63,510 bases of DNA, filler included, from Alloascoidea hylecoeti (GCA_001600815.1; 6 parts of 6 records of this genome joined end to end with filler, not necessarily neighbours in it), one strand, 5' to 3'; shown: positions 22,020 to 34,953, counted from the whole stretch's first letter. The notes: a model not told the origin generated them from the sequence alone. A program made the numbers and translations.

Positions 22020-25000
22020 AATATATATCATCATCATCATCATATTGAAAAAATAAACGAAGGATAAAAAAGGAATATTTTCAACTGATGTCGTTAATAT
22101 TGTCATCAGGCTGAAATTATTTATGATCAAACTGAATTATTCATACAAGTGTTAAGCATTCAAAGTATTTTAGTTGTGCAAACCTAATTGACTTATGAGT
22201 TCGCTTGATATTTTTTTTCTCTGACTTAAATTGATTCCGTAATGAGCTAAATCGTTAAACCCACTCAATTTCATTCTTCAATAACAACATAAAATTGATA
22301 TCTAAATTATGAAACGATATCAATTGTGTTACTAATTAATATTTCTATATCAAGTTATAATTATCAATTATCAACCATGATTATGTGTGCCATAGAGAAA
22401 AAATTTACCAGTAAGTGTTGATAGAAACTACACTAGAAAAGTTTTGAAACTAAAGATAATATAACCTTTAAATCTCGAATGATTTTATTCTAACTATAAC
22501 ATTAATTATAAGTTATAATTAAATTTAAAATATAAATATGCATGCGTTAACTTATATCACTATTTAATTTACGAAAATTAACATATATTGAAAATTTTAG
22601 TTTCATTTCCAATGTTATAATAACACAAATTATATATCTTTTTAAAATAGTATCTCGGCGCATATGTTAAGAGGTATATTTTGATTGTATCTAGCTTAGA
22701 TCTAATACTAGGTTAGTATGTATTTCTGTTCCACTATTACATGGTATATTTGCATCTGAATCTAGATTACATACATATGAACAGCCTACATGAAGAGAAT
22801 TATTCTATTAGGAAAAACTAAATAGGTGATAAACGCCAATTAATATATAACTTTGAAATTGAAATTACATTTGAAAAGAATAAAGCCCAATGTTAATAAT
22901 TATGTTATGTGGTTACGCACATCGCGATCGAGAAAGATATATAATCTTATATTTAAGAGTCTCGATCAAGAGAAAATAGTTACAAATATGATGTTATATT
23001 AATTATTTTTTTCCATACACAATGAACATGGCAAATAAAAGCTCTATGTAGTAGCTCAATTCTAGATCACACATATAGTCTAGGTGCTGAATTTACTTAA
23101 AATTCCTAAAACAACCCAAATCATTTAAAATGATAGTGATATATTAACGGGTGGTTTATTTAGTGTAGAATCATCAAATAATGAATAACCATTATTTTTA
23201 ATGATTTGGGATACTTAATTACCAGAAGTTTTAGTAGATGCAGCATCTGGAGTCTGGATTATCTTTTTTCGTCAGGAATACAGTCGCTGGAGTTTCTATT
23301 ATGGTTCAATCTTGTGTTAGCCATATATTTTATGTTTGAGAATATCGGATGAAGTGACTTAATTTCACAATTCTAACTCGATAGTTAGTTCTTTGTGTTT
23401 AAATATTGGCTCCTCTAAAGATATCTATTGAGTTCCTCCTTATAACCTTACAGAAAATTATATTTTCTAGTATGCAGGGCTCATAACCTGCTTCATTCAG
23501 TTACAGAAAGATATATTTATATATGATATATATATATATATTTATAGATGCATATATAGTAGAGTATGAAATTCCAGTTTATCGATCAGGATCGAGAAAC
23601 TTAAGCTAAAGCTTACTTCGTCCTTGCGTCACCCTAAAGTCTAGATATTTCTTACGCTGGAATAGAATATTGGAGAAGAGCTCACGAGCCCGAGAGAATA
23701 GCTCTCTTCATTGAGGCTATTTATGTATCAGTAACCCGAATCTACGAAATATACGTATACCAGGTAACATGATATGTGTAGAACAATATCTCACTAGTAA
23801 AAAAGTCGTGTTTATTTCAACATCCATACTTTCGATTTTTGGCTCCAAAAAGTTATACTATGTAAAATACATATTAACTAAACTACAAAATTGTAATCGT
23901 AATTATAAAAACTGTAGAAACATTTCTGATGGGTGAGTAAACCCCGAGATGTTTCGCTGAAGCTGATAAGATATGAAGGTACAGCAGTAACGATCAGAAT
24001 GAGAAACGATGCGTTGCAGTTCTTCACACGAATAAGGTCTAAATTCCTTTAATATGAATACCGAAACCGGTAACGAAAAGCCAATAAGTACACCTAGGTC
24101 TACAAGACACTTTTCATGTTTGGCGCTTGCTGTCCGTGATTTCCCGCTGCCAAAAATCGCAAAATAATCTTCAGTGAAACACTGGACAGATATATACGGA
24201 AAAGTTCCTTACCTCGTTGAAAACTTGGGAAAATTTTTTAGAAACAAGATATCCTTTATGAAATATAATGATCCTATTTACAAAATCTGAAGATACTATG
24301 TCGTAGTTTGAAGAAGGGGGAATTGAACTAATGGAGTGACTTGCATGTAGTCCGGATATCTGAGCCCAATTGAGAAGGTGTGAAAAAGAATCATCAGCAA
24401 AAATGAACCAGCCCTATAAAATTATGGGAAGCAAAAAAATTCTGCTTAGTGGACATACTAGAAGATCTATCAATGTATTAGCCCAAGTTTATATTCCAGA
24501 ATAACTTCTCCTATTGAAAAATGATGGTGGCAACTTGCAAGATAAGCTGCAAATATTCAATTTAATATTTTGTAAAGAGCATATTTTAGAAAGATGAGAT
24601 CTAGACCCTTCTTTTCTTCCCTACTGTAATAAAATTTTTGTAATCTGTGACTGAATTGACATCTAGGAGGTATTGCTATTTGGAAGTATACGAAAGTTCA
24701 ACCTTTAGATTGCTAATCATATAGTATTATGGCAAGGCTTATTTCATAATCAACAGAGGTAATAACTATAGTGAACTCGAATGCTGTGATCATGAATTGT
24801 ATATCTCTTCATTATCAGTTTTATAAATCAGCGATATCTAATTGCAATATTTGCAATTAAGTAAATTCCGTTTTTACCACTATAGTAAAGCTGAGCTGAT
24901 TATAAATTCATATATATGTTTAGCTTTGTTCTTCCTTTTGGGTAACTAGCGATTTAATATTAAAGATCTAAAATGAATAAACTTTCGCCGCATGAGAGTA

Positions 25001-25656
25001 ATGTTGTTGAGATAACCTATATAAACAATAATTATGTCCAAGTTTCCTTTTTGATTTCAGGCAGTAGTTGATTTAATGGACTCCTTCACTTCTGTTTACT
25101 GCTACCGAGGTATATTCTTTATATTTTTACTGTTGAAATTGGTACATGCATACATGTATATTTTTGCACGAGTTTTCTGTTCCTACGATTGCTATATATA
25201 TTACAATAATATTACTTATAATTAGAATTATTAATATGTATAGCAATGATATAGTTGCTATGTCCCAAAAGCTGTAAATCTATAAGCTTAAACTGAGAGT
25301 TGGTCATCAATTAATTAAAGACTAAAAAAATGTAACATCATATATCACATCATAGGATGCACATTTCTCTCTCACAACTATCACCGCTAGAATTATTTTG
25401 CCAAACCCATCACTGTGATAATGTGGTGCAAGTTGTAGTATGCATATGCATATGCTTATTTCTTGAACGTTAATTTTATAAATATAGTTCATCGATTCAT
25501 AAGATTAGGTACATCAAAAAAGTTGAAAAGTGAAAAACTTTGTTTGCACTCTAGTTCATATCTCTGCAAAAATAATATATAAATTAGGTGTAATGTCCTT
25601 GAAGCCCTCCCTAATTTTAAATTTTTCGATCTATTAATATTCTTCAGATAATAAAA

Positions 25657-26727
25657 ATGAAATTCACCTTAATTGCTACATCAGCCATTTTTGCCATTTC
25701 TCCTGCAATTGCAGCTGTTAGTCCTTATGATGCAGCTGTTGCCGCTTCTGCCTATTCTTTTATCAGGTCCCATTTCAATGACATTCTATCTTATGTTAGT
25801 ACAAATCCAAGTGCTTTCCCACCAACAAGTTTGTTAAGTGTATACAATTCTATTTCTGCCAAATACGGCGATTCTACTGATTTCACCACTGATCAAGCTC
25901 TTATTGACAGCTTCCCAACTCAAGTAATCGAAAGCTGGTTATCTAAACTTCCTTACACTTTTGTTAGACCAGCTTCAGAAGCTGCTACAACTGCTGAATC
26001 AACTGTTGAAACAACCGTCGAATCAACTTCCGAAACAGCTACTGAAACAGCTTCTGAAACAGCTACTGAAACTACTGAATGCACAATTTCTGAAACAACT
26101 ACTGAAACTACTGAATGCACAGCTTCTGAAACAACTACTGAAACNACTGAATGCACAGCTTCTGAAACAACTACTGAAACAACTGAATGCACAATTTCTG
26201 AAACAACTACTGAAACTACTGAATGCACAACTCCTATCAGCTCTGACGCAGTTACTAGCAGTTATTGTTATGAAAGCAGTTCTGTACCAGCCGAGAGCAC
26301 AACATTCGTGTCTAGCACTATTACATCTACAATTACTGTGTGCGATGAATGTGAAAGCAGCCATGTACCAGTTACTCAAAGTAATTGTGAAAGCGTACCA
26401 GTTACTAGTTATTATTATGAAAGCAGTTATGTACCAGTGGATGGCACAACATTGTTGTCCAGCACTCTAAAATCTACAGTTACTGCGTGTAATCAGTGCG
26501 ACTCAGTATCTTATACAGCTCCCTCACTAGTCTCCACTCTAACTTCGACATATCGCACTGCAGTGCCCTCTACCTCAGGTGATAGTTCTTCGTCAAATAG
26601 TCCTTCACCTATCATTTCAACAGGAAATCCCGGAGTTCCAATAGGTAATGGTGCTACTGATCTCCATAGTTTTGGACTTACAGCAGTTGCAGGTTTTGTT
26701 GGTGTTGTTATGGTTGCTATTTTATAG
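25657..26727 (+). CDS. GPI-anchored Ser/Thr-rich cell-wall mannoprotein with SRP1/TIP1 (TIR/DAN)-like N-domain
   Basis: Signal peptide; SFIRSHFNDILSY...PPTSLLSVY...DFTT...WLSKLPY resembles the TIR/DAN domain; Thr/Glu repeats; GNGA followed by a hydrophobic C-terminus (GPI signal). Confidence 0.8.
   Translation: MKFTLIATSAIFAISPAIAAVSPYDAAVAASAYSFIRSHFNDILSYVSTNPSAFPPTSLLSVYNSISAKYGDSTDFTTDQALIDSFPTQVIESWLSKLPYTFVRPASEAATTAESTVETTVESTSETATETASETATETTECTISETTTETTECTASETTTEXTECTASETTTETTECTISETTTETTECTTPISSDAVTSSYCYESSSVPAESTTFVSSTITSTITVCDECESSHVPVTQSNCESVPVTSYYYESSYVPVDGTTLLSSTLKSTVTACNQCDSVSYTAPSLVSTLTSTYRTAVPSTSGDSSSSNSPSPIISTGNPGVPIGNGATDLHSFGLTAVAGFVGVVMVAIL
26071..26229 (+). repeat. Intragenic 36-bp minisatellite (TTECT[I/A]SETTTE), about 4.4 copies
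   Basis: Unit actactgaatgcaca(att/gct)tctgaaacaactactgaa repeated in tandem. Confidence 0.92.
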
Positions 26728-27575
26728 TTATAAGCTTAAGACATCCACCATATTAATATTTCACCCATCTATAAGTACACTATCTTTCGCTAATTATATT
26801 TTTCTTTTCTTCAAATTTCTATTTCTGAATTTTATCATGATAGTTTTGTGTAATGATTCTAATTTACCACCTTTTAATTCCTTCTTGCAATTGTCATATA
26901 TACACCAATTAGTTTTTATGGTAACTGATTGCTTTGATGATAGTTATCACCTTTAATATTTTTTTTATTCATATTGTTCAATTGTATTGTATTGTACATG
27001 TATATAATTTAATTTACATGTCTTTTTCCTTCGAAGAATGATAAAAAATATAGGCTATTTCAATGACACCTCTATTTAATGAATACATTCATTTTTTATC
27101 ATATTATGGATATATCTCATCTTTTAGAACGTAGTTATAGTTTATTATATTTATAATATATAAATGAAGAAAGAAATTTACGTATTGCTTCCAAACTTAA
27201 AAAAGCTTATATTAGAAGGATATGCATACCTTATAAAAGGAAATACAACCATATACACTGTATTTCAATCACGAAAATACATACTTAGAGGGGAATGGAG
27301 ATTATATCAACATATATTAAAGTTAAGAGTTTAACTACCTTCACATTTTGCTATAGCTATAATGATAATTTGAATTTGAAAATATTAATTATATACATTC
27401 ATATATGTCTTAATTACCTAAAAGGGGTACTTGATATCTACAGCCGATATGGTATAGTCATAATAGTGAATCTTTAGGGATAGTCTCATTTTCACCAATA
27501 CGATTATCAAAAGATGATGGTAAATTTGTAGGTTTATAACTATTAACCAGTCTCATTCTCCATCTAACACTCCAA

Positions 27576-27675
27576 NNNNNNNNNNNNNNNNNNNNNNNNN
27601 NNNNNNNNNNNNNNNNNNNTTAATTAATTAANNNNNNNNNNNNNNNNNNNNNNNNNNNNNNNNNNNNNNNNNNNN
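27576..27675. other. Artificial contig spacer
   Basis: N44-TTAATTAATTAA-N44. Confidence 0.97.
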
Positions 27676-28571
27676 TTTTTATCTTCATCAAAAAAAGTTG
27701 GATATTTTTCTTCACCTTCCTCATTTTCTTCATCTATATAAAGTTCTATAAAAAATATTATAAAACCATCACTTAGGAAGCCGAATGGTGTCCCAAATGA
27801 TATGCATTTATGGATGAGTTCATTGACTATTTCTTTGAATTCTAAGCTTGGCACAAACTCATTGAAGTTGCCCACCATAGCTGACAACATTGGTCTTTTT
27901 ATTTCTAATGTTATCAAGGTTTTATCTTTAAAACTAAAAACATGTTCTGGCATTGTTATTAAATCAACAATTTTACCTCTTAGTTTATGAACCAGACCAG
28001 TTTCTCTATAACGTAGTTCCAAATCTTCAGAATTAGTTAATAAATTCAAAATTTGACTGCCAGGTCTAAATAATTTGCCAGACAAAACATTGTAAAAAAC
28101 ATCAAATTCATTAAGTTCATGTTGCCGACTCACGTGCAATATCATCCGCAAATGAAATTTAATGAGCTTAAGCTTTTCAGGGTCGTCAGTTTGTAAAACT
28201 CTCTTCTCCACCCACTGTTGTTGCACACTAAAATCTAGCTCTTTCCCAAGAGTAAATAAAATTGGGTGGAAGTAATCAGAAATTCTATTTGTTTTGTTAC
28301 CTTTAAAACCTGTACCTCTTGTACTTTGAGGACACTTTTGAAACAAACCCGTCATCGGTATGTTGAATAAAAGGGTTTTTATTATAACTTCTCTGCTATG
28401 CTGGAGTACTTTTGAGTACGCAAGCTCCTCCAATTGTTCTAAATTTTCCTCTTTGCTGAGATCACCAAAAAATTTCTTCATGTCCATTTCGTATAAGTGA
28501 TCACCATTTTCCCTAATTTTTTCATCAACTTCTTTTTCAAAGCATTTAAATTTTGATTCAATAGTCTCCAT
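27676..28571 (-). CDS. Uncharacterised protein with PD-(D/E)xK restriction-endonuclease-like motif, 3'-truncated at spacer
   Basis: ATG at 28571, open to the gap. PEHVF-x7-ITLEIKRP ... EIVNELIHKCISFGTPFGFLSDGFIIFFIEL resembles the PD..ExK..Q..Y..G..TD pattern. (CTTTT)n tract in the leader. Confidence 0.55.
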
Positions 28572-29626
28572 TTTGAAAAGAAAAGAAAAGAAAAGAAAAG
28601 GAAAGGAAAGGAAGTTGGATAAAAGACGCAAAGGAAGAAGAAGTTTAAGGTTTCGAGGAGGTTGCTTTTCTTTAGACTAGAATCCTATAATAGAAGCCAA
28701 GATTCCCTACAACTAAAATTCTATTTCCATCCGTAAATACTCCACATAACAATGGTAACCATTTGATCAGTGTCAATGTGAATTTATCAAGTATTGATCA
28801 TGATGTTCTCTTATTCATTTAATTGTTTTAGATTTTATCGGGATTCTTGACCAATCTTGTAGCCTCTTGGGTTCCACACACACAATTTGTTCTTAAGAGA
28901 AGAATTCGAATATTTATCAAAACTACTAAGATCCTAGATAGTTTCATTTTGTGTTTTGACAGTAGATAATAAGGGTCTCTTCCCCCATTCGAAGCTTGGG
29001 ATCTATTTTAGTTTGGAAGGAACGACTGAGTTAAAGTATGAGTGGGGTTGAATACGTTATATATGATCGTAGAATACCATAATTATGCGCTGGACATATA
29101 TAGCTGAAGTGATTGATAAATTAATATCTGGTATTGGTGTTATGCTTCTGTTTGCTGTTCCGCAGTGTTTGAACTTTGAACTATGCGTAGTAGGAAATTG
29201 GGGTCGAACTTGAAGTTATATATAGCACTGTGATAAAATGAGATTGGTCCTGTAATTTCATATATACTACTAATTTAATAGAGGAGATAAGTCAAAATCA
29301 ATTATAGTGTCATGTTTATTGAGCTATCCACTAACATGAATATTATAAGATTTTGAATAAAACTATCATCATGAGTTCTCAGCCATAAGCATGGACATTT
29401 CCTTACCATCTCAGAAAATAATTATTGTAGACGTTCTTCTTCAGAAAACACATATAACATTAAACAAAACCAATGACAAAATTAGTAAAATAAGATAAAT
29501 CTTTAGCGAATAAACTACTAGTTAAAATTTAAAGATATCTCATACCTAATTATTCCAATTTGGAAACTACAACCAAAAACTCTTCATAAAAATTCACAAT
29601 CCTATTGTTATAGGCTATATCGGTAG

Positions 29627-29990
29627 TGTTGGCTTATGGGCTCATCAGTGGCGATGTTCTTGAATTGTTTCGGAGGCATAGTTGATAATAAATTTATATT
29701 ATAAAGAACGTTTTTCTAAAACTAAATAATGTGGCAACTCGCTAATATATAAGGGAAATGAAGATCTTCATAAATATCACCCCATATATATGAAACTATG
29801 TAATAACAAAAACTATTCTAATTTAATTATATAACTATATATCCAATACTCCTTCTCAATTTTTAAAAGATTTTTCTTTTAAATATTGCACCAGTTACAG
29901 GTTTTGTGAGTATGTCACTATAGTTCGATGAGGAATCAACTCTCACCAATCTTCTGTTTTGATTAATTTTAAATTGTTGTTTCAAGTACT
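29627..29990 (-). mobile_element. 3' end of Ty1/copia element: RNase H tail (29858-29990), PPT (29849-29857), 222-bp LTR (29627-29848)
   Basis: Minus strand reads RVDSSSNYSDILTKPVTG, then GAGAAGGAG, then LTR TATTGG...CCAACA. Confidence 0.85.
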
Positions 29991-30090
29991 NNNNNNNNNN
30001 NNNNNNNNNNNNNNNNNNNNNNNNNNNNNNNNNNTTAATTAATTAANNNNNNNNNNNNNNNNNNNNNNNNNNNNNNNNNNNNNNNNNNNN
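29991..30090. other. Artificial contig spacer
   Basis: N44-TTAATTAATTAA-N44. Confidence 0.97.
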
Positions 30091-30139
30091 ATATTCAGTT
30101 GATGACGGTTCTTCCATTTTTTAATTCCTCATAATTCAA

Positions 30140-30290
30140 GAATAATTTATAATAATATTGGATCTCCTTTGGTAGCTGATCAATAATACTATGATTTTCC
30201 ATTGCCGTTGTTGCAAACCTTGAAGTTGTATCCATAATTTTGGAATCTGTATCGCTACTCTTTCCTCTTTGAGGTTTCTTACATTATTAA
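30140..30290 (-). pseudogene. F-box motif fragment
   Basis: Minus strand ...MENHSIIDQLPKEIQ, then frameshifted IIINYL. Confidence 0.4.
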
Positions 30291-30680
30291 AAATGTCGAT
30301 ATTCTCTTTATTGTTGGTATCATAATCTGACGAAACAGATACAGAAGAAGCTGAGGAGAATGAGGAGGTTGGTGAGAGTGAGGAAAATAAACTAGATGCT
30401 GACCCACTATTCGAACAAGCAGAAGAGTTGCTACCAATTGAGTATAACGACTTCATATCTGGAGTACCAAAGATTGAACATGAAGATTTTGCAAAAGAGC
30501 CATTTTTGTACGGAAAATTTCGTTTGCGAGGTAAATTAAGTGTAGAATCTTTAAGAATACTCATTAATAAAATAACTCAACCAGAAAGCATACAAGGAAA
30601 CATACCATTAGGGTTTCTTACTGACAAGGGAGACCTATCAACTGATCTAAATATAAAAGTATAAATATATATCTGTTGGC

Positions 30681-30917
30681 CATAATGATGATCTGGAAAC
30701 TGATTCATGGTATGAATTAAGAACATCATTAATTATAGTCAGTATTAAAATGATGATCTAAAATTAATTGAATTGTTTAAAAATGCCGGAAAAAGATTTG
30801 TTGGATTTTATTTATCAATCACTGTTTCGAAAAGCTAGCTATCGAAAGTGGTAGTGACGAAGATATTATTATGATTTTGCCAAAAATTTAAGGAAAAAAT
30901 ATTTAAAACATTTATAA
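30681..30917 (+). pseudogene. Internally deleted relic paralog of the F-box/WD40 gene at 32031
   Basis: cataatgatgat..gactgattcatggtatgaatta matches ~32236-32274. tatgatttt...aatttaaggaaaaaatatttaaaa..tataa matches the gene's 3' end (33321-33368). Confidence 0.8.
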
Positions 30918-32030
30918 TCTTTTAATAACAGAAAATGAATATCGTTGCTTAAATAAAATTAAACTAAAAGGAATTTAATAACATCTACCCTCCATATAGA
31001 AGGGAAATTTAACATATTGTCCATTAATTGTAAAAGTAGATAAATTCGTGTTATCATAAGTACATGAAATAATACATAGTTTATAGCCGTTACCTTTTAA
31101 AAGAATGATTTCAAAATCTAACAACAAATGAACGATGTAAACTGTTTTCCAATTATTGTAATAATACCATCTAAAGCTCCTCAATCAGCCATTATTGCTT
31201 ATACGAAGAAAATATTCCAATAAAAAGAAGGATGCCACCATGCATTAAACGGCCGTATTATCTCTAGAATACCCATTGATGAATTATGCTTTGTCTTTAA
31301 ACTGGTGTCAATATAAGCAGAAACAACTAGAAATGCTGTAAAGGCCTGGTGCATTACTGGGAGCTTTAATAGAATTTTCAAAACCAGTCTATACAGTTTA
31401 GTATAACCTCCTTTCCAGGTGTCAACCGATACCAGAAGTCTCACATACCTATACTTCGTTATAAAAGGTTTGAAATATCTGTATATAGGACCTGGAAAGG
31501 CTATAGTCGAGCAATGAGCATGTTACGTATACGTTTTCATATTCAGATCCTTTACCGGCCAAGCATTCGTCGCTAACAACACCATCAAACTAGATATGAC
31601 TCAGATAATACTTCTTACATACCGAATATGTTGGATATTCTTGTTTTTAAAGTTTCTTAATTAGTGGTCTTTGATATTCTAATATCTATTTCAGAAATTG
31701 AGAAGTCATTTTTGCTTTAATTCTCTTAGATGGTTGTATATTCTTTTTACCATTAGAATTACGTGAAATATCTCCTAATGAAACTCTATAAGTCATAGCT
31801 ATCTAGGTTTTGTGGTATTCGAAAAAACGATCACAACAATATATTTGATTATAGGTGATTGATACATTTTTTTCCACCTGTCTAGATTCAACGCGTTTAC
31901 TACGAATACGCGTACGTAGATTGAGTATAAATAGGAGTAAAATTCGCAACCACTCAGTTTCTTCCCATTTATAGCTATAATACAGCCACGACACGACTAC
32001 TTAGAAAACAAACCGTTAAACAATTTCATC

Positions 32031-33368
32031 ATGTCTTTACCAAATAATTCGAATTTTCACACTACAATCGATAATATTTCCGATCTCCCTAATGAAATGT
32101 TTCTAATTATATTTTCACATCTTCCATCCACGACTTTACTTGAATGTAAAAGAGTATCTAAATTATGGAAACAAATAGCTGATAGTAAAGAAATATGGAA
32201 AACAAAGTTTCAAGATCAAAAATATTGGGAATACCATAATGATGATTCGGAGACTGATTCATGGTATGAATTATACAAAGAACGTCATCTTTTAGAATCA
32301 AATTGGAAACATGGTAGATTTACAAAGAATAAATTAATTGGTCATGATAACGAAACATTTTGTGTTAAATTTTATAAAAATTGGATTTTAACTGGTTCAG
32401 TAGATTATAGAATAAGAATTTGGGATAGTGAAACTTTTCAATGTTTAAGAGTTATAGGTGAACCAAATATTGAGTTTTTATTACAATTAGGAGTAGATCT
32501 TGGAATTGTTTATATAGAACAATTTTCTGATAATGATATATTGGAATTAAAAGAAAATATTGATTTTAACTTTCATTTGGATCTTGTTTCTTGTATGGAT
32601 ATTAATGATAAATATTTGGTTTCTGGTTCATGGGATGGGACTTGTATAATTCGGAATTTACCAGATATGGAGCTAATAGATCGTCTGATAATACCAAATG
32701 ATAGGGATTCTTTTTCTTCTGTCTATAGTCTCGCTTTATACAATGATTATATTGTATGTTGTAGTCATTTTATTACGGTTTGGAAATCAAGTCTTGATAA
32801 CTTAGAAGATCAACCAAGGTTTAATTTACAACACACTTTTAAAGGAGATGGTCAACGTTGGATTAGTGGATTTTGTATTGACAATGGTATTATATATTGT
32901 TGGGAAGATAGAATTATAAGATCCATGAATATTGAAACTGGTCAAATAATCCAAGAATTTCGATATGATCATATAACATGCATTACAATAAAAGATCAAT
33001 ACTTATTTGTTGGTCAGCGAGAAAGATTAACATCTCTGGATTTACACACAAATGAAACAAATCTTTTATCATATGAAGGAACTGATGTGGCATCAGAAGA
33101 AACATATTATGAAGCATTATTTATCGTTGATAATAAAATCATATCTGTTAATGCACATGATGGTAGCTCATCTACAATTAAGATTTGGAATTTAAATGAT
33201 TTAAAATTGTTTAAAGTCTTTATAAATGACGAAGAAGAAGATCTTGAACAAGAGCATTTGGCAATTGATTCTGATTCGAAAAAGCTAGTTGCTTTTAAGG
33301 TAGGTGGTGACGCTGTTGTTTATGATTTTACAGGAAATTTAAGGAAAAAATATTTAAAATATATATAA
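32031..33368 (+). CDS. F-box/WD40-repeat protein (divergent SCF adaptor)
   Basis: ISDLPNEMFLIIFSHL..CKRVSKLWKQI F-box. WD40 repeats GHDNETFCVKF..ILTGSVDYRIRIWD and LVSGSWDGTCII. Confidence 0.9.
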   Translation: MSLPNNSNFHTTIDNISDLPNEMFLIIFSHLPSTTLLECKRVSKLWKQIADSKEIWKTKFQDQKYWEYHNDDSETDSWYELYKERHLLESNWKHGRFTKNKLIGHDNETFCVKFYKNWILTGSVDYRIRIWDSETFQCLRVIGEPNIEFLLQLGVDLGIVYIEQFSDNDILELKENIDFNFHLDLVSCMDINDKYLVSGSWDGTCIIRNLPDMELIDRLIIPNDRDSFSSVYSLALYNDYIVCCSHFITVWKSSLDNLEDQPRFNLQHTFKGDGQRWISGFCIDNGIIYCWEDRIIRSMNIETGQIIQEFRYDHITCITIKDQYLFVGQRERLTSLDLHTNETNLLSYEGTDVASEETYYEALFIVDNKIISVNAHDGSSSTIKIWNLNDLKLFKVFINDEEEDLEQEHLAIDSDSKKLVAFKVGGDAVVYDFTGNLRKKYLKYI

Positions 33369-34953
33369 TCATCAATTAATTAATTTTCAAAGATTTAATT
33401 TAGTAATTTCTATAAGTTAAATTATCAATATTTCTCAAAAGTAGTAGGCGAGAAAATTATCAAGATGCAAAGTGCTGGTACGAAAAAAAAAAAAAAATAG
33501 CGATGCCAAGATATGAAAAGTTTAGGATTCTAACTAATTGATGAACTTCGAACTGAGATATTTTCTTCCCTGTTGTGTTTTCACAAAAGGAAAATCAACG
33601 AACAAAATCAGCAAGAGAACAAATAAATTTACAGCATAAAAATAAAATAAAATAACACGGGTGGAGTAATGATTTCCAATCCATCATCCCTAAACGGTAA
33701 GTTTCCTCTATTTTCTGAAAATTTTTTCAGACGACGAAAAATCCATAAAAGAAAAAGACCAGGTAAAAGAGGACTGAAATGTGACGTTACTTTCTTTTTA
33801 AAAAATCTTGAGCATAAGTATTCGGTGTGGGAGTGTGTGGTTTTAATTTTACCTCACGCACATACCAGCCGAATTATCACACCAATTGGCCCTCAATGTC
33901 ATTGACGAAATTAAATTTGAATAGATTTACGAATAGTTTAATGGGGCTGAAACCGAACTTTTAAGTTCACCTTATTTGCAGAAAACACCCCCGCACTCAA
34001 ATGCACATAACAGCGTATCCGAAACATTATGATTATACAATATCTAATCGTCAGATCGATAGTTAATAATGAATCTGAAGATCTGTTTATAAATTCCGCT
34101 TTATTGTGAAATAGCCGAATCTGACTTAAGTGACTAGAAAACATACAAGTGAGCAAAAAAGTTTAAAAATTAGATGGTCCCAAACAGGGAGAATTAGTAT
34201 TAGGCGATGATCTGAAGAATCACAAAAGTGTGGAAAAGTCATCCCAAGGCCTAATTATGGCGATCAAGGATTAGTCTCACTATGATTCTCATCCATACTA
34301 ATGGCTTTTGAACAATTGCAATTTATTTCCCCCTTATGGGGTATAAGATAAACGCCTACAGAACATGTATTTGTAATACCCTAAAGGGCCTATACTACAT
34401 ATAAAGTAGGAACACATTTCACAAAACCGGTGGATCAAACGGGTTATACAATGAACATTGATCCAAAGATAAATTCTCGAAGATTACTGATGGTGTGTGT
34501 GGGAGGCCTCCCCAGGACTCTCCCTAGTAGAAGAAAACTAAGCCCCACTTATCACCATGACAAATTATAATCATATGCAAGGGACTATTTAAATCTCCGT
34601 CACATTTGAAGGTGATTTCAAGAAAAATATGGGGAAAAGGGCGGAAAGATTATGACTTCCAAGCATCATGATCTTTTTAATTTTAATACGCTAATTAAGC
34701 TCTATCTTGCAATAATAAATACACCCATATTCCTGATTTCATTATTACGGGAAGGAAACAGTATATCCATCGGAAAATTAACAATAAAAAATCCCTTGTT
34801 TTTAGCGGATTATAAGGTTCATTTTTCCTTAATTGGTGATTTAGTTTTCTAATGTTCATTAAACCATTCCATATTTAAAGGGTTCTTTCTCATCTTCCGA
34901 TTGTTTCCCCATTATAAAAATTTATTTTTATTACCTATATTACGAAAATTAAA

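Noticed and set aside
26071..26229. Regular ~36-bp repeats resembling a CRISPR array
   Set aside because: Tandem coding repeats with no unique spacers, in a eukaryotic gene.
25953..26470. Repetitive alternative-frame and antisense ORFs (QLLKQLL..., VVSVVVSE...)
   Set aside because: Shadows of the 36-bp repeat in the wall-protein gene.
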